Positions 48,997 to 59,100 of a stretch of DNA of 64,000 bases are shown in pieces. The stretch lies in IMG/VR virus record IMGVR_UViG_3300023184_000090, positions 1-64,000 of that record; one strand, 5' to 3'. Origin of the DNA: a virus. Below the pieces are notes generated by a model, which did not search any database, was not told the DNA's origin, and was given only the letters and a program-made list of their open reading frames with translations. The number at the start of each line of letters is the position of its first letter. Positions within the stretch are counted from its first letter, which is position 1. The position numbers were made by a program, and so were the translations under genes.

Positions 48997-50138
48997 TGGC
49001 AATTCAGATCGACAACACAAATTCAGGCGTACTAACGTTAACAACAGACTCAAGCGCAGGCGCTACGCTTACTCTGCCTACTGTATTTGGTGAAGTAAAC
49101 CAATGGGTAAAGACAGACGGGTCTGGCACTTTGTATTTTGGTGGGTCTTTGTCTGGTGCAGGTACATACTTAGCCACTGCAGCGCCTAATGCTACGATTA
49201 ATGCGTCTGTCATACAAGCAGGCGGGATTAGCCCTAGCGTTGCAATTAACTGGGCTACAAAAGGAACTGACGGCTATTACACATGGGTTATCCCAGATAG
49301 CACTTCGTCTACTGCAGGAAATGCCAGAGGCCCGTATTGCGTAGACTTTTCTACAGCGTCAGGAAATGCTAGAACAGGCACTGCATATGTTGCAAGTGGC
49401 TATCAAAACGTACTTCTTGGTTATCTAACAGGCATTCTTAACACTGGTACAACATGTAAGCTAAATTTCGTTTCAGGTAATGCCGCAGTTATAAGTTCAT
49501 CGACCGGGGCAATGACAAATTCTGCCATACTGGGCGGAAATACTATAACAGCGGTTATCGGTGCATTAAGCACTCCGCCTTCGTTTACGGCAGTTATTGC
49601 TTGCGACACCGTGGCAAATGTCAGTAACTCTTATAGTGTTTTACTGGGCGTTACTGCAGGAGGATCTCAAGGCACGTACAGTGAGTCATACACGCTTTTT
49701 CTAGGCGCTTACTCTTTTAGCAGTGGTTTTCATTGCGCAAGAAGAAAGACGATGGTTACATTTACAACAAACGCAACAGCTAAACCACTAACGTCTGACG
49801 GATCAAGTGCTACAACTGCAACTAATTGTGTAAGAATAGGGCTTAACAGTGGCGCCGGTTACACAGTTACAGTAGTTGCATCTTGCAACACAGGCACAAA
49901 CTTTAAATCATGGTCAATTACAGGAAATGTAAGATGCGGTGCAACGGCTGGAACTGCTGTGTCTGTAGGCTCTACTGTCACAGTAAACAATCAAACGGGC
50001 ACTAATGCTGCATCATGGGTTGTAGCAGCTGCAATAGACACGACACTGCCTGCTCTTCTTATTAACGTGACTGGAACGGCTTCAACAAACGTTTGCTGGA
50101 GCGCCATGGTTGAGATGGACGAAGCTAGGTTTAACTAA
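48996..50138 (+). CDS. Fibre / receptor-binding paralog 4
   Basis: PNATINAS..IPDS...AGNARG..VDF..VASG; KSWSITG. Confidence 0.65.
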   Translation: MAIQIDNTNSGVLTLTTDSSAGATLTLPTVFGEVNQWVKTDGSGTLYFGGSLSGAGTYLATAAPNATINASVIQAGGISPSVAINWATKGTDGYYTWVIPDSTSSTAGNARGPYCVDFSTASGNARTGTAYVASGYQNVLLGYLTGILNTGTTCKLNFVSGNAAVISSSTGAMTNSAILGGNTITAVIGALSTPPSFTAVIACDTVANVSNSYSVLLGVTAGGSQGTYSESYTLFLGAYSFSSGFHCARRKTMVTFTTNATAKPLTSDGSSATTATNCVRIGLNSGAGYTVTVVASCNTGTNFKSWSITGNVRCGATAGTAVSVGSTVTVNNQTGTNAASWVVAAAIDTTLPALLINVTGTASTNVCWSAMVEMDEARFN

Positions 50139-50158
50139 TTTTTAACAAGGAGTGAAAG

Positions 50159-50338
50159 ATGGACAAAGTAACAATTTCAATGAGCTTGGCAAATGAATTG
50201 CTTGGGTACTTAGGCAAAAAGCCTTACGAGGAAGTGTTTCAGATCATTGACAAGTTTCAGAAAGAACATCAATCAGCAGTGCAAGAAGCAAATTCGCCTG
50301 TGTCTGATGCTGTCATTGTAGATCAGCCGCAAGAGTAA
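50159..50338 (+). CDS. 59-aa protein (possible fibre assembly chaperone; below the ORF-track cutoff)
   Basis: AAGGAG RBS; MDKVTISMSLANELLGYLGKKPYEEVFQII... Confidence 0.65.
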   Translation: MDKVTISMSLANELLGYLGKKPYEEVFQIIDKFQKEHQSAVQEANSPVSDAVIVDQPQE

Positions 50339-50342
50339 CCGT

Positions 50343-50912
50343 ATTGATCCAGTAACGGCATTTGCCCTGTGTAAAGGGGCATATGAAGGCATAAAAGGTT
50401 GCGTTGCCATCTACCAAGACCTGAAGAAAACCGGGTCTGATCTATCAAAGATCACGGGTGAAGTTGGCGGAGCATTATCGGGGTTTTTCAAGGGTCAGGC
50501 AGAACTTGAGGCAGGCCATGAAAAAACAGAAGTTCAGCGGGAAGAAAACAAGCGCAAAGGAATCAAAGACGATCTAGCCAGTCAAGCCATAGACAATGTA
50601 ATGTATCTGCGGCAGACCAAACAGTTTTACGCCGACTTAGAGAGAATGGTGCGCTGGGAGATGGGACAACCCGATCTTTGGCGTGAATTCGTGAATGAGT
50701 ATCAGCGGCTGTTGGATCAAAAATCCGAAGATGCGGCAAGAGAATTGCACAAGAAAAGAGTGGCTGAATGGCGGCGACGAAGATTAAAAAGCAAAATCCT
50801 GGGCAGGACGCTGGAAACGATAGGGGTGGTATTCGTGGTCGTGTATTTGATATGCCTAATGTGGATGATCAGTCTTCATCGTCAGGATCGTTTGGATACC
50901 TTCTTGTCCTAG
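50343..50912 (+). CDS. Coiled-coil membrane protein of the lysis region; the frame is open 86 codons upstream of the first ATG (50601)
   Basis: In-frame IDPVTAFALCKGAYEGIK... from ATT 50343; C-terminal TM helix. Confidence 0.55.
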   Translation: MDPVTAFALCKGAYEGIKGCVAIYQDLKKTGSDLSKITGEVGGALSGFFKGQAELEAGHEKTEVQREENKRKGIKDDLASQAIDNVMYLRQTKQFYADLERMVRWEMGQPDLWREFVNEYQRLLDQKSEDAARELHKKRVAEWRRRRLKSKILGRTLETIGVVFVVVYLICLMWMISLHRQDRLDTFLS

Positions 50913-51082
50913 TGCTATTTGCGCTAGTGTTTGTGCTAATGTTGCCGTTGATTGGGTTGATGTATGTAGACACCATGGTGGTGAAACGTGAGGCAAAAGC
51001 ACAAATGGAGAAAACAGAAAAACTCCAAAAGCAAATTGAAGCTGAAAGGAAAAAAGATGGAAACCTTACTCAATCTCCTTAA
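50768..51082 (+). CDS. Single-TM membrane protein with C-terminal coiled coil (lysis accessory; start uncertain)
   Basis: Hydrophobic YLLVLVLFALVFVLMLPLIGLMY followed by a charged helix. Confidence 0.5.
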   Translation: MAATKIKKQNPGQDAGNDRGGIRGRVFDMPNVDDQSSSSGSFGYLLVLVLFALVFVLMLPLIGLMYVDTMVVKREAKAQMEKTEKLQKQIEAERKKDGNLTQSP

Positions 51083-51551
51083 AGGCGCAGCGCCAGGACT
51101 GGCAACCATTGTGGCTGGCCCGTTGGGTGGCATGGCTGTCAAAGCCATTGCTGACAAGCTGGGCGTTTCTGACAGCGTAGAGGCCATTACCCAAGCCATG
51201 CAAGCAGACCCAGAGGCGGCACAAAAGCTGGCAGAGATTGACCTAAAACAATTTCAGTTAGAAAACGATGATCGCGCCAGCGCCCGGCATATGCAAGAAA
51301 CGGCACTCCAACAAGAATCTTGGTTTGCCAAAAATTTTCTTTATTTGTTTACCGCCACTTGGTCAATCTTTGCAATGGTTTTTTTTGCTATGGCATCGTT
51401 CTACTCTATACCAGAGGCCAACACCCGCATTGTCGATACCATCATTGGTGTGCTAATTGGCACAGTTTTGACTGGATTCTTTAACTTCTTTTTTGGTTCA
51501 TCCAAGGGAAGCAAAGATAAAACCGATGCGCTTGTAAAGGGTTTGAAATGA
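51057..51551 (+). CDS. Holin-like membrane protein (3TM / GTA-holin type)
   Basis: AP.LAT..AGPLGG.A, DRASAR.MQ, two TM helices, FFFGSS.GS..K; directly before the endolysin. Confidence 0.7.
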   Translation: METLLNLLKGAAPGLATIVAGPLGGMAVKAIADKLGVSDSVEAITQAMQADPEAAQKLAEIDLKQFQLENDDRASARHMQETALQQESWFAKNFLYLFTATWSIFAMVFFAMASFYSIPEANTRIVDTIIGVLIGTVLTGFFNFFFGSSKGSKDKTDALVKGLK

Positions 51552-51976
51552 ACCTATCAACCCATTTCACTTTGGAAGAACTGACAATCACAGATCATCG
51601 GGAACTGGAGAACACACCAAATGAAACTGAACTTGCAAACCTTAAAAGATTGGCTGAATTCCTTGAAACAGTCAAAACTGTACTTGGCGGCAAGCCGATC
51701 ATGGTTAACAGTGCGTTCCGCTCTAAAGCGGTCAACGACGCGGTAGGTTCCAAGGATACCAGTCAACACAGAACAGGGTGTGCTGCCGACATTCGTGTCC
51801 CAGGCATGACCCCGGATGAAGTGGTTAAAGCCATCATTTCAGCCGAGCTGTACTACGACCAGGTGATTCGAGAGTTTGATCGCTGGACTCATGTGTCAAT
51901 ACCTAACACAAGCGGCTTGCAGTCTAGAAAACAAGCCTTAATTATTGACAGATCCGGTACACGAATGTATGCTTAG
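51548..51976 (+). CDS. Endolysin, peptidase M15 family
   Basis: LS.HFTLEEL, NSAFRS..VN.AVG...SQH..G.AAD, W.HVS zinc-peptidase motifs. Confidence 0.88.
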   Translation: MNLSTHFTLEELTITDHRELENTPNETELANLKRLAEFLETVKTVLGGKPIMVNSAFRSKAVNDAVGSKDTSQHRTGCAADIRVPGMTPDEVVKAIISAELYYDQVIREFDRWTHVSIPNTSGLQSRKQALIIDRSGTRMYA

Positions 51977-52021
51977 TCATATAATGGCGGACAGGACTAG
52001 ACCCTAAAGGAGACACTGTCG

Positions 52022-52657
52022 ATGGCCACAGCATCAGTGATGACTTATGATAGTCTAGTCGAGAACATTCAGTCATACCTAGAGCGCACTGATACAGCAA
52101 CTATTGAAAAGATACCGCTGTTCATTATGCTAGCCGAGCAAGTGATTGCTTCGCAAATCAAGTTTCTAGGCAATCTTACAGTCAATACAAGTACCATGGT
52201 CATAGGTACGTCGATTGTTCAAAAGCCTGCCAGGTGGCATAAAACCGTATCGATGAACATCACTGTTGCAGGTGTTCGTCAGCCTGTGCTTCTTCGTAAG
52301 TATGAATACATCAGGAACTACTGGCCTAACCCTGCATTAACCGGGACGCCTTTGTATTATTGCGACTACGATTACACGAACTGGCTGATCTGCCCCACAC
52401 CTGACGCGGCTTACAATTTTGAAGTGCTTTACTATGATAGATCACAACCGTTAGATTCTAGTAATCAGACAAACTGGTTTACGATTTATGCACCACAAGC
52501 ATTGTTGTACGGTTCACTTTTGCAAGCAATGCCATTCTTAAAGAATGATCAACGACTTGCATTCTTTCAGCAACAATACGATCTTGTCATGTCAACGCTT
52601 ACTACTGAAGATAAGCTGCGCATTGCTGATCGTCAAGCCATAGCGGTGGATTCATGA
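52022..52657 (+). CDS. Tail adaptor / tubular protein A-like
   Basis: MTYDSL...I..YLER, PTPD..Y..E..YY, AP..LLYG.L..A..FLK. Confidence 0.65.
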   Translation: MATASVMTYDSLVENIQSYLERTDTATIEKIPLFIMLAEQVIASQIKFLGNLTVNTSTMVIGTSIVQKPARWHKTVSMNITVAGVRQPVLLRKYEYIRNYWPNPALTGTPLYYCDYDYTNWLICPTPDAAYNFEVLYYDRSQPLDSSNQTNWFTIYAPQALLYGSLLQAMPFLKNDQRLAFFQQQYDLVMSTLTTEDKLRIADRQAIAVDS

Positions 52658-53883
52658 GTTACGTTTCTCCATTCACAGGCGATGTTATTCAGCCGACTGA
52701 CGTCTCTTTTAGAGCCGTTACTCTATCTGCTAACACACAATTGCAATGGCCTATCAACGGCAATGCAACAGATGACTATGTAGCAAGAATTATGCAGGTT
52801 ACTGCAACGACAACAAGTTTGTCGTTGTATATGCCGCCGGCTAATCAAGCTTCTGTGGGCAATGACGTACTTGTTCGTAACGTAGGTGCCAACTCATTCA
52901 CTGTTAAAGACTACGCCGGAACGAACACAATCATCACGATTGCTGCAGGTGAAGCAAAATACATTTACATTACAGCAAACCCTAATGAGCAAGGCACATG
53001 GGGCATCATTGCATTTGGTGTAGGCTCATCTACTGCTGACGCTGCAACATTGGCGGGCTATGGGTTGTTGGCAATCACAACCACGCTAAACCAAAGCCAC
53101 CCTGTTACACAGTTTTCATCGCCATACACTGCTATTGACACTGATCGTGCACAAATGTATGCATGGACAGGTGGTGCAGGGACGCTTACTCTTACGCTGG
53201 CTACGACTCTTGGCAACAACTGGTTTATGTTTTTGCGAAATGCAGGAACAGGCACGCTAACTGTTGCAGGGCAAAGTGGAAACACGATCGACGGCTCAAC
53301 TACGATTGCAATGCAGCCGAACGATTCTTGTATTCTTGTTTGTACAGGCACAACGTTTTACACTGTAGGCTTAGGCAAATCTACACAGTTTGCGTTTACA
53401 CAGCTTACGAAAGCAGTTACATCAGGCTCATACACACTAACTGCAGCTGAAGCATCTAACGTTGTCCAAAAATACACAGGTGCACTGACAGGCAATGTGA
53501 CGATTGTTGTACCACCAACCGTTCAAGTGTACTATGTGGTGAATGCAACCACTGGTGCATACACAGTAACACTTACAACAGGTAGTGGAGCAACGGCAGT
53601 TCTAACGACGGCAACACAAGCAACTCTAGTTTGTGATTCTGTTAACTTGTATAACGCCAACACAATTCTTGCCGGGTCAAGTACGATTAGTTTGCAAAAT
53701 GGCTCAGTAGGCGCGCCTTCACTTGCATTTGCATCAGAAGCGACAACAGGCGTGTATCGAGCAGGCACCGGTCAGCTTAATATTGCCGTGCTTGGCGTAC
53801 TTGTGGCAACAGTAAATGCAACCGGGCTAACTATTGTCGGAACAGGCACATTTACGAGCGGCATATCAGGAGGCTCGTTTTAA
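52654..53883 (+). CDS. Tail structural protein
   Basis: Thr-rich beta protein, G.LTGNVTI.VP, GS..APSL.F..E..TG.Y. Confidence 0.55.
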   Translation: MSYVSPFTGDVIQPTDVSFRAVTLSANTQLQWPINGNATDDYVARIMQVTATTTSLSLYMPPANQASVGNDVLVRNVGANSFTVKDYAGTNTIITIAAGEAKYIYITANPNEQGTWGIIAFGVGSSTADAATLAGYGLLAITTTLNQSHPVTQFSSPYTAIDTDRAQMYAWTGGAGTLTLTLATTLGNNWFMFLRNAGTGTLTVAGQSGNTIDGSTTIAMQPNDSCILVCTGTTFYTVGLGKSTQFAFTQLTKAVTSGSYTLTAAEASNVVQKYTGALTGNVTIVVPPTVQVYYVVNATTGAYTVTLTTGSGATAVLTTATQATLVCDSVNLYNANTILAGSSTISLQNGSVGAPSLAFASEATTGVYRAGTGQLNIAVLGVLVATVNATGLTIVGTGTFTSGISGGSF

Positions 53884-55874
53884 TGACGCTTAAAGTCTTT
53901 TCACTGGATACTTTGCCTGGTGTTCAGCGTGACGGCACTGTGCTTGATGCAAATGCTTACAATGCAGGTCGATGGATAAGATTTCAGCGCAGTCGCCCTA
54001 GAAAAATAGGTGGCTATCGGTCAGTAACTAATCTAGCTACTGGGTATTCTCGTGGCATCTATGTAAATTCATCTAACGGCACCAACCAGATTTTTAATGG
54101 CACATCTGGCGCGCTTGAAGTGCTTGCTATTGACAACAGTGGCATTGGGTCAGGTGTGAACCAGTTTACGCTGTCTGACTTCACGTCATCAGTGCTTAAT
54201 CTTTGGCAGTTTGATTCTTTATTTGATGCAGGCGGTTCTGGTGATCAGCTGCTTCTTGCACACCCAGGTCAAAACCTTGCGCAAGTTGATGCAATTGCAA
54301 ACACGCCTGTTCTACAAGGTGACATCAACAGCACTACAATGTCTAAAATTGGTGTGTTTAGCATTGCAGGTTGCACTAAAGCCAGCGGTTCAAGTTTCTT
54401 CACGTTGCCTGCGGCAGACACGCGCGTTGGCGCAGGTCAGTCAGTGAGCGGGACAGGTATTGCAGCAAACACTGTAGTAACGTCCGTTGCAGGAACTCAA
54501 GTTAATATTTCAATTAACACAACTAACGCCACTACTGCAACAATCACGTTTGACAACAATGTTTCGGTGTCAGGCGGTGTTGTTGTATTGCACCCCTATG
54601 TGTTTGTTTACGGGAACAGCGGGTTGCTTAAGAACTGTGCGGCAGGTGACCCAACTGACTGGATAAGTGCAGACTCTAACGAAACCAACGTGGCATCAAC
54701 AAAGATCGTCAAAGGCTTGCCTGTTCGCGGCGGTTCTAACTCGCCTTCTGGGTTGTTTTGGGCTACTGATTCGCTAATTCGTGTGTCGTATGCGCCAACA
54801 ACTGTAGGTTCAGGCACGATCTATTGGCGCTATGATGTAATTTCAAGTCAGTCATCTATCTTGTCATCTTCATCCGTGATTGAGTATGACGGTGTGTATT
54901 ACTGGTGTGGCGTCGACAGATTTTTGATGTACAACGGTGTGGTCAAGGAAATTAAGAACGACTTTAACCAAAACTACTTCTTTGACAATTTGAACTATGC
55001 CCAAAGACAAAAAGTCTGGGCTACTAAAGTGCCTCGGTTTGGCGAAATCTGGTGGTTCTTTCCGTCTGGTGACAGTACTGAATGCAATGATGCAGTAATC
55101 TACAACATTCGTGAAGGCGTATGGTATGACGCCGGCGAATCACCCGGCGCATATAGATCTGCAGGGTACTTTTCTCAAGTGTTCAGCTATCCAATTAATG
55201 CAGGAACTACGCTTTCCACGTCTCAGACACTGTTTAGTGCATCTATCATTACGCAGTCGACAGCAGTAATTAAAGTTCCATTGCCTTCTTCATCTAACCC
55301 GTACACTAACCTAATTGCAGTAGGCCAGCTTGTCACTGCCGTAGGCATCCCATCGAATTCTTACATATCTGCAATTGCGCCAAGTGCAACTCTTAACTAT
55401 TGGGATGTGACAATTACTGTTGCGGCAACTACATCATCAACAGTGGATGCAACATTTAGTAGCGTTGCAGGCTTTGTGACGCTTTGGCAGCATGAGATTG
55501 GTACGGATGAAGTGAATGGTGTTCAGCAGAATGCGATTGAAAGCTACTTTGAAACTTGTGATCTAGGCTGGATGCGTGGCGGTCCTGCACAAGCAGCGCC
55601 AATGGGCGACAATGTCTGGCTGCACCTAGAACGGGTTGAGCCAGATTTCATTCAATCAGGCGCGATGTCACTTGAAGTCACAGGTCGACCATATGCTCAA
55701 GCAGAAGACTCAACTACAGGCCCTTATACGTTCGACCCTGATACACATAAGATCGACTTACGTGAACAGCGTAGAGAACTACGTCTAAAGTTTACAAGCA
55801 ATGTGCAAGGCGGTACATACCAACTAGGCAAGCTAATTGTGTCGGTTGATGCCGGTGATGTGAGAGGCTACTAA
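53883..55874 (+). CDS. Tail nozzle / tubular protein B-like (stabilisation protein)
   Basis: PG.QRDGT, W.RF....PRKIGGY, YW.G...F..Y.G, FGEIWWFFP, R.EPDF beta-propeller-type pattern. Confidence 0.7.
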   Translation: MTLKVFSLDTLPGVQRDGTVLDANAYNAGRWIRFQRSRPRKIGGYRSVTNLATGYSRGIYVNSSNGTNQIFNGTSGALEVLAIDNSGIGSGVNQFTLSDFTSSVLNLWQFDSLFDAGGSGDQLLLAHPGQNLAQVDAIANTPVLQGDINSTTMSKIGVFSIAGCTKASGSSFFTLPAADTRVGAGQSVSGTGIAANTVVTSVAGTQVNISINTTNATTATITFDNNVSVSGGVVVLHPYVFVYGNSGLLKNCAAGDPTDWISADSNETNVASTKIVKGLPVRGGSNSPSGLFWATDSLIRVSYAPTTVGSGTIYWRYDVISSQSSILSSSSVIEYDGVYYWCGVDRFLMYNGVVKEIKNDFNQNYFFDNLNYAQRQKVWATKVPRFGEIWWFFPSGDSTECNDAVIYNIREGVWYDAGESPGAYRSAGYFSQVFSYPINAGTTLSTSQTLFSASIITQSTAVIKVPLPSSSNPYTNLIAVGQLVTAVGIPSNSYISAIAPSATLNYWDVTITVAATTSSTVDATFSSVAGFVTLWQHEIGTDEVNGVQQNAIESYFETCDLGWMRGGPAQAAPMGDNVWLHLERVEPDFIQSGAMSLEVTGRPYAQAEDSTTGPYTFDPDTHKIDLREQRRELRLKFTSNVQGGTYQLGKLIVSVDAGDVRGY

Positions 55875-56122
55875 TGGCACTTGCGCTTGTTTACGATCCT
55901 AGATACCACACATGGGACTCATGGACAAGCCTAATGTGTGAGGCGTATGCCGGTCAACAATTGCAGATGAACCCGAGTGAGGAGAACTGGAAGTCGTGGG
56001 CAGAAGGTCTTAATGCTATCGATATCTTCACGAATGAAGCAATCCCTAGCCCTTCAAGATTTGAAACTTGGCAAGAATGGGCACAAAGTCTTGTGAATGC
56101 TGTGAACCAGAAAGTCAGCTAA
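55874..56122 (+). CDS. Small Trp-rich tail protein
   Basis: 82 aa; W..W, P.P..F..WQ.WA. Confidence 0.6.
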   Translation: MALALVYDPRYHTWDSWTSLMCEAYAGQQLQMNPSEENWKSWAEGLNAIDIFTNEAIPSPSRFETWQEWAQSLVNAVNQKVS

Positions 56123-59100
56123 ATGAATAGACAAGCATGGGCTCTCTTAGGCGTTCCAGATCTACCTGTCGATGCGTTTAAGCACGTAGGCGATAGGAAG
56201 ATTAAGCCGCATATCTTAGGTATTGACAACCCATTCCATGGGGACAGCAATAGCAATGGCAGTAGTGGCGGCGGTGGCGGCTGGGACCCATTTAACGGGT
56301 CAATCATTCCAGGGGTTAACAACCCATTCCAAGGCGGAAGTTCAACATGGCTTCCTGGCGCAGGCGATCTTAATCCGTTTAACCCCAATTCAGCTGTAGG
56401 TCAAGCCACTCGTGGGGTTGGCGAGTTAAATGTATGGAACCCTGACTCTGAAGCAGGGAAAATTGCAAACAAGCTTGCTAAAGACATAGGCTCTACAGTA
56501 GAAGCCATTGCTAAAGACCCTAAGAAATTAGCTGCTGTTGCAGTCATGATTGCATTTCCGGCGGCTGCATCTTCAGTTGCTAGCTACTTATTGCCTGCCG
56601 AATTTGTTGCAGCATATCCAACCATTGCAACAATCATTGGTCAGACTGCAGTCAACACAGCCACTAACGGCGGTGATGTTAAAGCAGCAGTTACGTCAGC
56701 AGCTCTGCAGTATGGCGCCCCTAAAGCGGCAGACTGGCTTGCAAAATCATACGCAAGCGATGCAGTTAGTCGCGCTTTAACAGACTGGGCTGCAAAAGCG
56801 ACTGTTGATGTAGGACTTTCAGCTGCTATGGGTAAAGACCCCATGACTGCACTGATATTTAGTGGTCAACAAGCAGCTGTTGACGCTGTTCTTAAATACA
56901 CCGGCATTGGCGATCAAGTATCTAAATTGCCTGATACAGCCGCCAAAGCGCTTAAAGCCGCTGTTACTGCAAAATTTAATGGTGTTGACCCATCTAAAGC
57001 AGCGGCAAATGCAATGGTGCAAGATGCCATCGCGTCCGCTCAGAACATGGTCAAGGCGCAAGCTAAGCTTGCAGCTGCAGGTGTTAAGACACTGACTGAG
57101 AAGCAACTTGCCGGCATACCACACATCCTTACGCCTGCAGCTGCTGAGTCGCTTGTCAAAGTGCAACAAGCCGCAGATAAAGCAGGGCATGCGCTAACTG
57201 CTAAAGACATCAATGAAGCATCTTGGTCTTTTAAAGACAATGGCGGTGATGCAGATACTTGGCAAGAACTTACAACAGTAGACCAAGATGCAATCAATAA
57301 GATCATTGGTAGTTGGGATAATGCCGATGACAAGACCGACTCATCTAGCACTTCCAATCCGACTAACATTAATGCTAATCAAAAATTCTATGAGTCATTG
57401 GCTGACGACTTCATTGTGGCAGTTGATCAAAATGGAAACCAGTACACAAAAGCTCAGTATGAAGACTGGTTAGATAGCCAAGACGACACAGCGACTGAGC
57501 CAACTTCACAGCCGCTTAAGCCGACACCACCTCCTCCGACAGCAGTTACGCTTGTGACGCCGGACATGCCGGATGTTGATAGCTACTCTGACAGAGAAGT
57601 CAGTAATGCAACTCGACTGTGGGTTGAGAATCATGGTCGTCAACCGACAGAAGATGAACTGCAAAATGTCTTATCGGGTGGGTGGGGCAAATATGATGCA
57701 CCGGCAGTACAACAGCCTGGTCAACCGACAGGTTCATTGCCTGTTGCCAGTGAAGACACAAGCGAGCCTGGAAATATCTTTGCATTTGGGCGAAGCTGGA
57801 CAAAGTCAGAGTACGATAATTATGTAGAAGAACAACGTGCAGCTGCAGAAGCTAAATATGCTGCAGATCTACAAGCTGCACAAGCTGCACAACGCGCAAA
57901 GACTGAGGCAGAAAGTAATGCAGCACACTTAAAATGGGAGCAAGAACAATTAGCTTTAGGCAGGCATGTTTATAAGCCAAGTGAACCTGCACAACCGCCT
58001 GCTGCATTGCCTGTTGCGCCACCTCCGCCGATAGAGCCTGCTGCGTTGCCTGTTACTCAGCCGACAGAGCCTGTCCAAACTGCATTGCCTGTTACACTAC
58101 CTCCGCCAACCGGTACACAGTTGGCATCAGCTGATCGCAATTTTAGTGCTGAAGCCGGCCCAATTACAGTAACAGGCACTCCTATCTTTGCAGGTGATTC
58201 ACGGTCGAATGATGTTGATCCGCCTCCTGGGTTTAGACTGCTTGACAAATCAGAAGGCACGCCTAAGTTTAATGAAGAACTGGATGGCTATGTAGACACG
58301 CAAAAAGGCACGTTTTACGACCCTGTTCAAAATGCGTGGTTCACAAAAGATGTCAATAGCACTGCTGAAATAGCAGAATTGCGTGATTGGCTGTTGAATT
58401 CCGGCTTGCCTGCAGGATTTGGTAATGTAGTTGCAGACTTAGCAGAAGACGGTGGCGTAGGGCCGAACACTGAGTTGGAATTGTCTGATGAAGACATAGC
58501 GCTTTATCAGTCAATTGCGCAAAATGACGGGTTCTTATCGCTTACTCCCAATGGCTCATACAAGTGGGTCAAAACAAACGACCCTAGCGCTTTTGATGAT
58601 GAAGAAGGCTACTATGTTGTCGGAGACAGTGGTGAGTCACAGTGGGTCGACAAAGAAACGTTGCAAACCATAGATGACATTCTTGAAGAGCATAAAACGC
58701 CTGATAAGCCAGACGGTGCTCTTCCTGTCATAGACGGCCGTGAGACGACAGGCCCGCTAACTAATCCTACGACAGGCCCTAGCACAGATGGGCCAACAGG
58801 CCCTAGCACAGATGGGCCAACAGGCCCTAGCACAGACGGGCCAACAGGCCCGTTGACTGACCCTGTAACTGACCCTGTAACTGACCCTGTAACTGATCCT
58901 GTAACTGACCCTGTAACTGACCCTGTTGAAGAAGAGCCTGTTGAAGAAGAGCCTGTAACTGACCCTGTAACTGACCCTGTTGAAGAAGAGCCTGATGGCG
59001 GATGTGGCGAAGGATGGCACTGGGATGGAAGCAAGTGCGTCTTAGATGACGACCCTGTGCCTGTCACTAAAGAAGATGACATTCCAACTGATGACCCGAA

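Noticed and set aside
44371-50138. Diversity-generating retroelement or invertible shufflon acting on the fibre paralogs
   Set aside because: No reverse transcriptase, no near-identical TR/VR pair differing at adenines, no recombinase and no inverted cassettes; the paralogs are deeply diverged and co-oriented
56200-56450. NPF tripeptide repeats (a eukaryotic EH-domain ligand) in the large ejection protein
   Set aside because: The context is bacteriophage; they are most likely a local low-complexity repeat with no support for a eukaryotic interaction
58772-58993. Short direct repeats as a CRISPR array
   Set aside because: The units are contiguous with no unique spacers, all are multiples of 3, and they lie in frame within a CDS
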